A stretch of 64,000 nt of DNA from Cyanobacteriota bacterium (GCA_046045965.1 JBJOKS010000001.1:96001-160000); one strand, 5' to 3'; positions 19,504 through 30,067 are shown, counted from the stretch's first letter. Notes: generated by a model from the sequence alone, not told the origin. Translations and numbers: made by a program.

Positions 19504-20706
19504 TTGGTACTTTATAAAAATCCTCTTAGTTCAATAATTAATAAATTGTATAAGAGTGTGAGGACTAGAACTTTGACCAAACGCCAATTTGCCAATGTAA
19601 TTTCCGCTAATTGGCTACTGTTGATTGGGATAAATCTCTTAGGTTTTCTGTTCCTATCTACATCTTTTGCCATTAAACCTTCATCGGCAATTGATAAATC
19701 AGTTTCTGATGCCGCCAGCAAGGAATTAGCGACTGATAAAAAAGCAACATCCACTGAAGAAATTAGCCAAGAATCCCAACAACTAGCTGTTGAACTTAAT
19801 CAACCTTTGATTCAGATCAAACAACCACAAACTATCAGCCAAAAGATAGATGCTTCTGGTAGTGTAGGTGATACCTTTGGTGAAGCCAAAAAACTTTTGC
19901 TGACTCAGCCTCAGACTATCACTCAACAGATAGATACCTCTGGTAGTACAGGTGATAAATTAGAAGATGTTAATCAATTACGCAAAGATTTATTAGTTGA
20001 ACCCCTTTTTCAAATAACTCCTCCACCCAAACGAACCTATCAACCTGGACTTAGCTTTGGCGCTCCCAGTGCTTTCGGGGCGGGTTGGGGTGACTTATTT
20101 CTAGCAGCATCAGGCGCTACAGCAGGTAAAAGTAGGGCTGGAAATCCAGACGCAAGTATGAGCGCAGGTTTTGGTATAGGAAATGCCCGGAAACTAATTG
20201 CTCTAGAATTTACCTTTAACAACGGTAGTATCAACAACTTCGGTTACAATGGCACTTTTGACTTCAAAGCTCACCGCGTTGTCTATGCTCAAGGCAACAC
20301 ACAAGTTGCTGTAGCTGGTGGCTGGAATGCCTTTGCCCAGTATGGTAATGAAGGTATTAGACCTTCCAGCGCCTATGGTGTACTCACAACATACTCTCTT
20401 TTACAGCCTAACAATCCTGTCAATCCCATGGCCATCTCCTTTTCTCTAGGAGCCGGTGGTGGCGACTTCCGACAAGGTACTGAGAGTACAGGCATATTTA
20501 CTGGCGTGGGTCTGCAAGTTCATCCCCAGGTAGGTATAGGTGTAGGTTGGAGTGGAGTCGGTTTAAATGCTGGGGTTTCCTTAGTCCCTGTGCCTACCAT
20601 TCCTTTAACAATTACTGCCCAAGGTGCTGACCTCACAGATAACAGTTTCGGTGGAACTATATTTGTTCTGACTGTCGGCTATGGTTTCAATTTCCTGCCT
20701 AGATAG
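19504..20706 (+). CDS. Hypothetical exported, probable outer-membrane beta-barrel protein
   Basis: Hydrophobic N-terminal segment; Gly/aromatic alternating strands; ends VGYGFNFLPR. Confidence 0.6.
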   Translation: MVLYKNPLSSIINKLYKSVRTRTLTKRQFANVISANWLLLIGINLLGFLFLSTSFAIKPSSAIDKSVSDAASKELATDKKATSTEEISQESQQLAVELNQPLIQIKQPQTISQKIDASGSVGDTFGEAKKLLLTQPQTITQQIDTSGSTGDKLEDVNQLRKDLLVEPLFQITPPPKRTYQPGLSFGAPSAFGAGWGDLFLAASGATAGKSRAGNPDASMSAGFGIGNARKLIALEFTFNNGSINNFGYNGTFDFKAHRVVYAQGNTQVAVAGGWNAFAQYGNEGIRPSSAYGVLTTYSLLQPNNPVNPMAISFSLGAGGGDFRQGTESTGIFTGVGLQVHPQVGIGVGWSGVGLNAGVSLVPVPTIPLTITAQGADLTDNSFGGTIFVLTVGYGFNFLPR

Positions 20707-20797
20707 GGCGGGTTGATAGCGTCGCTACTCCTCACGAAAAAACGTTTTCAGCCAACCCAAAATCAGCACTTCAATATTTACTATCTAGAGAATCACC

Positions 20798-21604
20798 ATG
20801 TTAAAAATCAGAACCTTTTTTATTGCTCTCGCTTTCGCGCCTTTAATTTCACTTACTTGGCAGTTAACGAATCAAGCCCAAACTAATTCACCAAGTAGAG
20901 GTACAGCGGGATCTGCCAGTGGCGGCGGATCTACAGGTTCTGGTGGCACAGTTTTTACATCACCAAGTAGAGGTACAGCGGGATCTGCCAGTGGTGGTGG
21001 AAATACAGGCTCAAATAATAACCCTGTTTCATCACCAAGTAGAGGTACAGCGGGATCTGCCAGTGGCGGTGGAAATACAGGCTCAAATAATACAGAACCT
21101 GAATCACCTAATATCAGTGTTACACGAGAACCAAATGGCTCTCTACGTATTACGCTGCCACCTGTGGTTGTACAGCAACTGAATACTGCTGCTGCTGGTA
21201 TACTTGCTAGTGATAGTCGTAGTATATTTTCACCTGCTAACGCCGCTTCATTGACCGCATCCTTAACTTCAAATGGGCTGCCTCCACAATTAGCACAAGC
21301 ATTAACAGGTGCTGTATCTAATATTTTGATCCAGTCCCGTCCTTCTACTACACCCAGTTTTCCTTCAGTTCAGTTACCACAAGAACGGCTAGTAGCCAGC
21401 ATTAAAGCTTCAAAAGCTGGTTTAACCATCGCTGAAACTAATGAAGCAGTAACTGTGAACGTTGACAAACTCAACGAATCTATTAATATCTACAACAAGA
21501 TTGTACTAGAAACCGATCCAGCAACTCTTCAAAAGCTTTCACGCAACTCAAACTTTGTGGCAATTGGTAAGGCTCTCAACACATTGAGGGCGACAATTAA
21601 GTAG
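20798..21604 (+). CDS. Hypothetical secreted protein with three SPSRGTAGSASGGG repeats
   Basis: Signal peptide; near-identical DNA repeats at about 20888-21072. Confidence 0.75.
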   Translation: MLKIRTFFIALAFAPLISLTWQLTNQAQTNSPSRGTAGSASGGGSTGSGGTVFTSPSRGTAGSASGGGNTGSNNNPVSSPSRGTAGSASGGGNTGSNNTEPESPNISVTREPNGSLRITLPPVVVQQLNTAAAGILASDSRSIFSPANAASLTASLTSNGLPPQLAQALTGAVSNILIQSRPSTTPSFPSVQLPQERLVASIKASKAGLTIAETNEAVTVNVDKLNESINIYNKIVLETDPATLQKLSRNSNFVAIGKALNTLRATIK

Positions 21605-21694
21605 TATTTTTTTCACGTCTGTAGGGTAAATTAGGGGTTACTCTGTCCCTAACTCACCCTACTAGACCTCTTGCATTCCCATGCTTTCTTCTTC

Positions 21695-23095
21695 CTAAGT
21701 AACCAACCCTTCCAACACCTGCTGCAAATCATTTGTTAACTCAGCCACTCCTTGTCTGGCACTCACTCGACTAGCTTTATAAGTGGGATAACGTTCAGAA
21801 ACAGATATAGGCTTACCTACAGTAATTTTGACCTTTTGTTTACCCAACTCTGGACGATTTAAAGGATTATTACCTTGAATTTTATTTACCATATCCCATA
21901 AAAGTAAAGTTGTTTCTGCAAATCTTTCTACTGTTGGTTTTTCGCGGATATAAGTACCAGAAACAGCTACAAAACTTTCTACTAATCTCATGTGCCACAT
22001 CCGAAAATATGCTTCTTCGGCGATTCTATCACCTAAATTTTTCTCGATGCTCGATAATGTTTTAATATCTTTAAACTCTTCTCTAAATATATAATTCCAT
22101 CCTGCCTGTTCTACCCGTCTACATCGATCATTCCAATTACCTCTAGATGGTAAATCAAAATATTGTTCAGCAATGAATAAGGCTGCATTCATCACAGCTT
22201 GTAACCGATAAGCTAAGGCTTCATTTCTGTCTTTAATTTCCCCATTAGCAATCTTTTCATCTGGCAATGTTTGATGATAGAATCGGGTGTAGAATTTCTC
22301 CATTATAGATAATAAATGTTCTGCCAAAGTCAATAAACGGCTATAAAGCACCTCAAAAGAAGTGGCATTACTGGCTGATTGAAAATGCAAACCACTGGTG
22401 GTTTCTAATTTAGTTAATAAATTAGCGATCGCTCCCCAAGGTTCATCAACATAACTATATTTCAGTCCAATAGGTACAATAAAAACATCCTCATTTCTGC
22501 CCGCTTTTTGCAAATCTTCCGCACACCAAAAACCCATTTGTGCAATACCTGGTTCTAAAGGGCTAATTATCTCAGATAACCCATTAGTTGCACCTTCTGG
22601 AGCCGCAGCCATTGGGAATTTACCATTAATATACAAATCCCGTACAGAACGCAACCCCATCCAGTCAGCTTTCCCCCTCTGAATAGGAGTACCACCTAAG
22701 TTAGAAGCAAGCCAACCTATATGTTTACCTGCCCAGAGAGGAATACCCCGATCATAGATAAAATGGGCATGAATTGGCTGCTGTATAGCTATATTTTGCT
22801 GTTTTGCCACCTTTGGCACAAGTTGAGAAAACAAGTAAGTTAAACAAAGAGGATCTTCTGTTTTTGGATGACGAAACGCCAACATAAACCGGATCTTACC
22901 AGCTTGAAACTGACGATAAAGATCCGCCAAAACTTCCACATTTTCTGCTTCAATTTGGCTAATGGGAGTTTTCCAGCTGATCCAGTTGGGTAAGAACAGA
23001 TGCACAAATCTTAACAACAACGGGTTAAATGCTGGGGGGATAAATTCTAGGGGTGGTTGTGCCTGATACATGAAATATGAAAAGATAGAGGACAA
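21695..23095 (-). CDS. Glycerol acyltransferase (PlsC-like) family protein
   Basis: FRHPKTEDP (HX4D), APEG, IVPIG. Confidence 0.8.
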   Translation of the reverse strand: MSSIFSYFMYQAQPPLEFIPPAFNPLLLRFVHLFLPNWISWKTPISQIEAENVEVLADLYRQFQAGKIRFMLAFRHPKTEDPLCLTYLFSQLVPKVAKQQNIAIQQPIHAHFIYDRGIPLWAGKHIGWLASNLGGTPIQRGKADWMGLRSVRDLYINGKFPMAAAPEGATNGLSEIISPLEPGIAQMGFWCAEDLQKAGRNEDVFIVPIGLKYSYVDEPWGAIANLLTKLETTSGLHFQSASNATSFEVLYSRLLTLAEHLLSIMEKFYTRFYHQTLPDEKIANGEIKDRNEALAYRLQAVMNAALFIAEQYFDLPSRGNWNDRCRRVEQAGWNYIFREEFKDIKTLSSIEKNLGDRIAEEAYFRMWHMRLVESFVAVSGTYIREKPTVERFAETTLLLWDMVNKIQGNNPLNRPELGKQKVKITVGKPISVSERYPTYKASRVSARQGVAELTNDLQQVLEGLVT

Positions 23096-23343
23096 ATAAA
23101 TTCAAAATTATCAAAATTCAAAACTTTGGTGCTGTTGATACCTTACTCATAGAACCTTTACCTCACCAAATTACCGCAGTTGATGGAGAAATACTACCAC
23201 GCCAATCACAGCCTTTTTTCCTTACCTTCTCCTTCTGATAGCGTAGCTTCAGCCATACTCCTGTAACTTCTAACTGATAACAAGCGATCGCAAATGGCAC
23301 AATTGCGGGAAACTGAGAAAAGAGATCAAGAAAGGAGAACTCT

Positions 23344-23697
23344 ATGGCCTGGACAAAAATTCTCGAAGCCAAAGCCCTATCCCCTGGTGCGCGAGAAGTG
23401 GTGAAAGTAGGTAACAGAAACATTTTAGTGTTAAACCACGAAAATCAGTTTTATGCTGTGGAAAATAGCTGTCCTCACCTCAAATTACCCATGAAATCCG
23501 GTAAAATTAAAGACGGAGCCATTGTTTGCTCTTTCCATCGCAGTGCTTTTGACTTGAATACAGGTGAAGTAAAAACTTGGTGTCCCTGGCCACCTGGAGT
23601 TGGTAAATTACTATCAATGGTATCCGAAGCCAAAACCCTGCCAGCATTTCCTGTCCGTGTGGAAGATGGCAATATTTTGATTAACGTGCCAGAGTAA
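23344..23697 (+). CDS. Rieske [2Fe-2S] ferredoxin-like protein
   Basis: CPH...CSFH. Confidence 0.9.
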   Translation: MAWTKILEAKALSPGAREVVKVGNRNILVLNHENQFYAVENSCPHLKLPMKSGKIKDGAIVCSFHRSAFDLNTGEVKTWCPWPPGVGKLLSMVSEAKTLPAFPVRVEDGNILINVPE

Positions 23698-23890
23698 ACA
23701 TACCTATCAGATCCCCGAATTCTTAAATAAGTTGGGGATCTTGAGGAATAATAGAAATATTCAACCTATCCCCTGCCTCAACAAATATGAAACTGCAACA
23801 AACGGACATAACATGATATGAACTACTACGTAATTTATTTGTAGAAGATTATTATAGGATGGACGGAGTGTTACAAAATGTGGGGCTATT

Positions 23891-24238
23891 ATGGCTCGCT
23901 ATACCTGTTCTTTTGTTGTTTCTGTTCCCATTGACCATCTGCAACCATTACTGATAGAACTACTACAGTATTGTGGTTTGGAAGTTCAATACTACACAGC
24001 AGACTATATTATGGCTCGTGAAATTCCCGGTAATGTATCCTTCTCGAAGTTAGTTTCTGTGGAAGTGCTGATTGATAAAACCAATGCTACGGAAACGGAA
24101 ACGCGGATGAGTATTGTCATCAAAAATGAGGAATTACCACTCAAATTAGATAATCACTGCCGACAAGTCTTTGATTTTGTCCGCCAGGAAATTGAACATA
24201 GTCGAAATTGGCATTTAATTGAAAGTATAGCAGGTTGA
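23891..24238 (+). CDS. Conserved hypothetical cyanobacterial protein
   Basis: 115-aa ORF MARYTC...KNEELPL..DNHC. Confidence 0.7.
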   Translation: MARYTCSFVVSVPIDHLQPLLIELLQYCGLEVQYYTADYIMAREIPGNVSFSKLVSVEVLIDKTNATETETRMSIVIKNEELPLKLDNHCRQVFDFVRQEIEHSRNWHLIESIAG

Positions 24239-24340
24239 CTCTCTCCCGACTGGAAAAACAAGCAATAGCAAAATTTTTATCAAGTCGGGATATTTTTGCT
24301 GGTATCAGTTGACTGAAACTGGATTTTCAAAATATCCTGG

Positions 24341-25039
24341 CTAAGATTTATCACCAAACAAACCCAACAATGGACCAAGAATAGCCCCAAAAATAAAACC
24401 ACCTGCGTGCGCCCAGTAAGCAATACCGCCACCTTCCATGCCAATATTAGTAGGTGCTTCTAAACTGGCTATTCCGTAAAAAGCTTGTTGGATAAACCAA
24501 AATCCTAAAAAGAAATATGCAGGTACTCGGAAAGTCGGGAAGAAAATACCCAAAGGCAGTACAGCGAGAATTTCTGCTTGGGGAAAACGGAGAATGTATG
24601 CACCCATCACCCCGGCAATAGCTCCACTTGCACCCAAGGAAGGAACGTTAGAATTTTGAGCAAAGTACCATTGGGTTAAAGATGCCAAAACACCGCAAGA
24701 TAAATAGAAGACTAAATATTTAAAATGACCTAATTTATCTTCTACATTGTTACCAAAAACCCAGAGAAACAACATATTTCCAGCTAGATGCAAAAAACCA
24801 CCGTGGAGAAATTGGGCAGTAATTAAAGTTGCCCATTCTGGAACTGGTTGATGTACAGGAATACCTGCAAAGCTTAACGAAAGTTCTCTAGGAACTACAG
24901 CCGCTAAATGTAGAAACTCATTTAATGCTTGAGGAGGAAGACTTGCTGCATATAGAAAAGCGAGGATATTGGCAATAATTAACCCATAAGTCACATAAGG
25001 CGTAATTTCTGTAGGATTATTGTCTTTTAGGGGAACCAC
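24341..25039 (-). CDS. Rhomboid intramembrane serine protease
   Basis: FLHGG..HLAGNM, GASGA, AHAGG. Confidence 0.93.
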   Translation of the reverse strand: MVPLKDNNPTEITPYVTYGLIIANILAFLYAASLPPQALNEFLHLAAVVPRELSLSFAGIPVHQPVPEWATLITAQFLHGGFLHLAGNMLFLWVFGNNVEDKLGHFKYLVFYLSCGVLASLTQWYFAQNSNVPSLGASGAIAGVMGAYILRFPQAEILAVLPLGIFFPTFRVPAYFFLGFWFIQQAFYGIASLEAPTNIGMEGGGIAYWAHAGGFIFGAILGPLLGLFGDKS

Positions 25040-25066
25040 TGAATTTATTCCTTATTTTTGAGCAAC

Positions 25067-25163
25067 TATAGCAGGAGTCAGGAGTCAGGAGTCAGGAGTA
25101 AAACCCTCTTGTAGTGGAAGTTTCATTATCAATTGATGTCCTAACCCACATTCCGCAGCTATA
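25067..25163. repeat. Dispersed miniature repeat, family A (second copy at 59820-59903)
   Basis: TATAGC...(CAGGAGT)n...TTTCATTATCAATTGATGTCCTAAC...GCTATA shared by both copies. Confidence 0.8.
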
Positions 25164-25314
25164 GCTTTAAGATAACGAATTTTCTCAGTAATTTCTTCTG
25201 CCAAGTGGATGGAACTTTAAATCTTCTACAGTTTTATCACATTCTACTTAATAGGGTTTATACTATATTAATCTGGATACTTTCCTCTATAGGGTTTGTA
25301 GGTGAAATTGAACT

Positions 25315-27369
25315 ATGCAGCTAGGTGGACGTTACGAAATTATTGAAGTATTAGGAAATGGTGGTTTTGGCATTACCCACAAAGCTACAGATACCCAAAA
25401 ACCCAGTAAACCTATATGTGTGGTGAAGGAACTTTTACCTCAACACCATAATACCTTCGCCGCCAATTTCTTTGAAAAGGAAGCGAGAATTTTGGAAGTC
25501 CTGGGTACACATTCCCAAATTCCTCACTTATTAGCCTACTTTGAGGAAAACCAAAAATTTTACATTGTGCAAGAATTTATTCAAGGACAGTGTTTAGATA
25601 AAGAAATTATTCCTGGTAAGCGACTCAGTGAAGGTTATGTTGCTAAATTATTGCAAGATGTTTTAGAAGTTTTAGCTTTTGTTCACCAGCAACAGGTTAT
25701 TCACCGAGATATCAAACCGCAAAATCTCATCCGCAGACAGCAAGATGGGAAAGTTTGTTTAATTGACTTTGGCATAGTCAAAGAAATTGCTTCGCAAATA
25801 ATAGATAGTCGTGGTAGTATGCAGACTTCAATTATGGCAGGTACTCTTGGTTATATGCCAGCAGAACAAGTCAGAGGTAAACCTGTTTTTGCTAGTGATA
25901 TTTATGCTTTAGGAATAACTGCTATTCAAGCTTTAACAGGTTTGCGATCGCAAGACCTAGAAGAAGATCCACAAACAGCAGAGTTATTATGGCAAAAACA
26001 AGCCCAGGTAAATGATAATTTAGCGGCATTTATCACAAAAATGGTGCGTCGTCACCATAGTTTACGTTATCAAAATGCTCAAGTAGCTTTAGAGGATTTT
26101 AAAAAATTAACTGCTTCTCTACCTACAGCTATTTTAGGCTCTTCATCTGTCACCCCTTCTGCTAGAGATATATATTATCAGGAAGCTGCTAATCTAGCTC
26201 AAAAATGTAAGGGACAATTTTCTCCTGTAATGTTGAAAGTATTGGAAACAAAAAGACTCGATTTAGGTTTATCTGAACAAGAAGCAAAGGAAATTAAACA
26301 AGCAGTTTTAAAACTATATGATCCCCATCAACAGCAGCCGCAAAATACAGCACAAAAACCGCATCAAAATCAACCAGTAAGCACCACAATATCCGCTAAA
26401 ACACCTGTTAATAGAAAAAACCATAGATTGCAATTTCCACAAACATCAGCACCAGAAAACCAATCAGTTTCTCAACCACAAACATCATCTATTATTAAGA
26501 CTCAAACCTTTGAGTTTGAAACAGCACAATTGGTTTTAAAACCAGGATTTTTGGGTTTGGGAAAAACTTGGGAAATTCAACGCAGCCAAAAAACAGCACA
26601 GTTGTTTTTAGAACAATTAAAAAATGGCATAGTTTTAGAATTAGTTGCCATTCCTAGTGGTAATTTTTTAATGGGTTCAGCAAACAATGAAATAGAAGGC
26701 ACGGATAGCGGAAGTCCTCAACATCAAGTTACTATTCAACCTTTTTTGCTAGGCAAATATCCTGTTACTCAAGCACAATGGCAAGCTGTTTCTAAATTAC
26801 CAAAGATTAAAACTGATTTGTATCCAGATCCATCCCATTTTAAAGGAGCTAACCGACCTGTAGAACAGGTATCATGGCATGATACACAGGAATTTTGCGC
26901 CAGATTATCACGAGAAACAGGTAAATTATATCGTTTACCTAGTGAATCTGAATGGGAATATGCTTGTCGTGCAGGAACAACTACACCTTTTTATTTTGGT
27001 GATACTATTAACACGGATTTAGCCAATTACAATGGTGAATATATTTATGCTAATGGTTCAAAAGGAATTTACCGCAAGGAAACAACAAATGTCGGAACTT
27101 TTCCAGCAAATGCTTTTGGTTTATATGATATGCACGGGTTAGTTTGGGAATGGTGCGAAGATGGCTGGTATGATAATTATATAGGTGCGCCAGCTGATGG
27201 TAGTGCGTGGTTAACTGGCAGTAATAATAACCCTCGTCGCGTGTTGCGTGGTGGTTCTTGGTCCTATCGTCCAGTTTATTGTCGTTCTGCCTATCGTGTC
27301 AATTACCCCGCAGTTAGTAGAGACTTTAACCACGGTTTTCGTGTTGCTTGTTCTGCTAATTGGAATTAA
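25315..27369 (+). CDS. Ser/Thr protein kinase with C-terminal FGE-sulfatase (C-type lectin fold) domain
   Basis: LGNGGFG, VVK, HRDIKPQN, DFG; RLPSESEWEYACR, NAFGLYDMHG, RGGSW, GFRV. Confidence 0.93.
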   Translation: MQLGGRYEIIEVLGNGGFGITHKATDTQKPSKPICVVKELLPQHHNTFAANFFEKEARILEVLGTHSQIPHLLAYFEENQKFYIVQEFIQGQCLDKEIIPGKRLSEGYVAKLLQDVLEVLAFVHQQQVIHRDIKPQNLIRRQQDGKVCLIDFGIVKEIASQIIDSRGSMQTSIMAGTLGYMPAEQVRGKPVFASDIYALGITAIQALTGLRSQDLEEDPQTAELLWQKQAQVNDNLAAFITKMVRRHHSLRYQNAQVALEDFKKLTASLPTAILGSSSVTPSARDIYYQEAANLAQKCKGQFSPVMLKVLETKRLDLGLSEQEAKEIKQAVLKLYDPHQQQPQNTAQKPHQNQPVSTTISAKTPVNRKNHRLQFPQTSAPENQSVSQPQTSSIIKTQTFEFETAQLVLKPGFLGLGKTWEIQRSQKTAQLFLEQLKNGIVLELVAIPSGNFLMGSANNEIEGTDSGSPQHQVTIQPFLLGKYPVTQAQWQAVSKLPKIKTDLYPDPSHFKGANRPVEQVSWHDTQEFCARLSRETGKLYRLPSESEWEYACRAGTTTPFYFGDTINTDLANYNGEYIYANGSKGIYRKETTNVGTFPANAFGLYDMHGLVWEWCEDGWYDNYIGAPADGSAWLTGSNNNPRRVLRGGSWSYRPVYCRSAYRVNYPAVSRDFNHGFRVACSANWN

Positions 27370-27410
27370 GAATAATGCGGGTGACAGGAGTTACTTGATT
27401 AATATTGTCC

Positions 27411-28043
27411 ATGACAAAATCTATGTTTTTTACCAATTCTTTAGAAAATCAACTGCAACGTTGGAACGAAACAATTATTAAACAACCAAATAACCCTAAT
27501 GTTTACATTCGTCGGGGGATGGTTTATTTTCAATTGGGGAAAATTGAGGAATCAATTATAGATTTTGACACCGCAGAAAAATTAGATGATCGAATTACTC
27601 CCTATTTGTGGCAAAGGGGTTTATCTTATTATTATGCAGCGCGATTTGCTGAGGGTGCTAAACAGTTTGAAATTGATTTAACTGTCAATGCACAGGATGT
27701 AGAAGAAACCGTTTGGAGATATCTTTGTATAGCGCGTTTATCTGGTGTAACAGAAGCGCGTAATTCTTTGTTACCTGTGAAAAATGATCCCAGGAAAATC
27801 ATGCGGTCTGTATATGATTTATTTGCAGGAAATTGTACAACTGATGATGTTTTGAATGTTGGTAAATTTGAAGGTTTAAAAGGAAATTTTTACAGTCATC
27901 TTTATTTGGGTTTGTATTACGAAGCTGAGGGTAATTTGGAGTTAGCACAAGAGTATATTGTCAAAGCTGCGGATAATTTTAAAATTGATGATTATATGTG
28001 GTATTTAGCGGTGGTGCATAAACAGGTGAGAGGGTGGGTTTGA
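27411..28043 (+). CDS. TPR (NlpI-like) protein
   Basis: YIRRGMVYFQLG..EESI.DFD, LWQRGLSYYY, HLYLGLYYE. Confidence 0.8.
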   Translation: MTKSMFFTNSLENQLQRWNETIIKQPNNPNVYIRRGMVYFQLGKIEESIIDFDTAEKLDDRITPYLWQRGLSYYYAARFAEGAKQFEIDLTVNAQDVEETVWRYLCIARLSGVTEARNSLLPVKNDPRKIMRSVYDLFAGNCTTDDVLNVGKFEGLKGNFYSHLYLGLYYEAEGNLELAQEYIVKAADNFKIDDYMWYLAVVHKQVRGWV

Positions 28044-28075
28044 TTTGTGTTAATCAAAACTCGCAAATTTACTGT

Positions 28076-28732
28076 TTATAAATAAAAATTTTCTAAAAAA
28101 TAAATGATGGTAGCGCAAAATGGTTTGTATCTACCATCATCATCTAATTCTAAATAGTCCTTAATAATATTCTTAATTTCCTCTTCATTAAAATCCTCAT
28201 CTGCTAATAATTCTAATTCTGCATCAATAGCAGCTTGACGCATTCTTTGTAACTTAGGAATATTCAAGGCTAAATTTTCTATTGTTGTTTCAGCAGCAAG
28301 TTTTTTACTGGTTTCTTCTGTAGGTAAAATTTCCCCCGCAGCAGAATATCTAAAAAACTCCGTACAATTTTCTATTAATGGAGAAACTAACAAATTTTCA
28401 TCGTACCAATTATCTTTTTTATGTCCACAATGTACGGGAATTTTTGGTTGAGTTTCATCTTCTCCTTGACAGGAAACCATCAGATTAAAATAATCAAATC
28501 TCACAGTTTCATCTGTACCTTGAGGTTTAAAATGTTCAATATGACAACTTCCTTTATCTATAGCAACACCACAGTAACAACAAATATAACCCTGTTCTTT
28601 TAATAAAGTCTCTAAAAGCTGATCTTTAACTACCGTTCTTCTAAAACTTTTCCAACTAGGAATTTTATCACCTTGTTTAATTTTCCACGCAGATAAACTA
28701 TTAAGTTCGACACCCTTTTGAATATATTTCAT
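28076..28732 (-). CDS. HNH endonuclease, PtuB/TIGR02646-like
   Basis: EQGYICCYC...HIEHFKPQ...YFNLMVSC...HCGHKK; overlaps the ATPase stop. Confidence 0.85.
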   Translation of the reverse strand: MKYIQKGVELNSLSAWKIKQGDKIPSWKSFRRTVVKDQLLETLLKEQGYICCYCGVAIDKGSCHIEHFKPQGTDETVRFDYFNLMVSCQGEDETQPKIPVHCGHKKDNWYDENLLVSPLIENCTEFFRYSAAGEILPTEETSKKLAAETTIENLALNIPKLQRMRQAAIDAELELLADEDFNEEEIKNIIKDYLELDDDGRYKPFCATIIYFLENFYL

Positions 28733-29979
28733 TTACGCGAAAGTCCTTTTCTCCTCATTAAAATATCTGCTTTGACAAACTGCGCTTCATCTTCACCAAT
28801 TTTTGCTGCTAATTCTTGTCGTAATTGTTTAGCAGCGTCTAAATTTCCTGCATCAATTAAACGAAATAATCTTAAAAGTTCCTGTTTTATTTCCTGTGGA
28901 CGTTCAGGAACATTCATTAAATCTTCTAAAATTTGATTACTATCTCGACCATAGGAACTTTCAGGACGTTTAGCAATTATACCATCATTGGTTTTTTCTA
29001 AAATGTAAATTCCTTGGGGTTTAACTTGACTAATTACTTGTGGTGAATGGGTAGTAACTATAAACTGACAATGGGAAAAAGTTCTAGTTAAAGCTGGGAT
29101 AATTTCTCTTTGCCATTTTGGATGTAAATGTAATTCAATTTCATCAATTAAAACTACTCCATAACCATCTAGAGGATTTTCTAAACCAGGGTTAGCAATA
29201 GCTAATCTTCTCGCTAAATCTCCTACCATTGCTAATAAGCATTTTTCCCCATCTGATAATTGATTAACTATTAATTCTTCACCATCTTTTTCTACTGTCA
29301 TTCTTAAAGGAGAACGACGAACACGCAGTTTTTTAAAATTAGGAATTAGTGAAGATATTGCTTGTCTAACAGCTTCTAATTCTTTATCTTTATAATCATG
29401 TAAATCTCGGAGTGTTTCGCTTTCTATATCTTCTCGATTTCTAAACCATTGGAAAAATTTAGAAAAACTAATTTTTACACCTATTAAGGATTCTTCATAA
29501 GCGTCTATTTGTTTAAATTCTGACTTGTGAGGAACTTCTAAATCAATATCAATAACTGCTCGATTAGTAGGATAATAAACTATTAGGGGTATGTTATACA
29601 AAATATTACTATACCAATTTCTCCAAATAGCATTACAAGCTGCTCTTATTTTTTCATGTCCTGATTCTTCAGATATTCCATGACGATTTCTAAAAATTGT
29701 CCAATTATTTTCACCGGGAGATAATATTGTAATATCTAATATTGTGCCATTACTTTTATTAGAAATATCCAGTTCATTAAATACTTTTACTTCTTGAGTA
29801 TCAGCAACCCCTCCTATCCATTCCATATAACGAGAAAGCAATAAACAAAGAGCATCAAGAATACTTGATTTACCCACACCATTAATACCAATAAATACTG
29901 TAGGTTCTATTTCATCAAAGTCTATTATTAAATTATCAATTCCGCGAAAAAATTGTATTTTTAGCTGCTTAATTCTCAT
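28729..29979 (-). CDS. ABC-type AAA ATPase, PtuA-like
   Basis: GINGVGKS, LSDGEK, LIDEIELHLHPKWQ, TTHSP. Confidence 0.88.
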   Translation of the reverse strand: MRIKQLKIQFFRGIDNLIIDFDEIEPTVFIGINGVGKSSILDALCLLLSRYMEWIGGVADTQEVKVFNELDISNKSNGTILDITILSPGENNWTIFRNRHGISEESGHEKIRAACNAIWRNWYSNILYNIPLIVYYPTNRAVIDIDLEVPHKSEFKQIDAYEESLIGVKISFSKFFQWFRNREDIESETLRDLHDYKDKELEAVRQAISSLIPNFKKLRVRRSPLRMTVEKDGEELIVNQLSDGEKCLLAMVGDLARRLAIANPGLENPLDGYGVVLIDEIELHLHPKWQREIIPALTRTFSHCQFIVTTHSPQVISQVKPQGIYILEKTNDGIIAKRPESSYGRDSNQILEDLMNVPERPQEIKQELLRLFRLIDAGNLDAAKQLRQELAAKIGEDEAQFVKADILMRRKGLSRK

Positions 29980-30067
29980 AATTCCTATAGTTTTACTATG
30001 CTGTAAACCTTCCCTCTTTCTCTCTGCGTCCTCTGCGTCTCTGCGGTTCGTTCAAAAAAATCCATAA

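Noticed and set aside
20888..21072. CRISPR-like repeat-spacer pattern
   Set aside because: The repeats are in-frame coding repeats within a secreted protein, and no cas genes are present.
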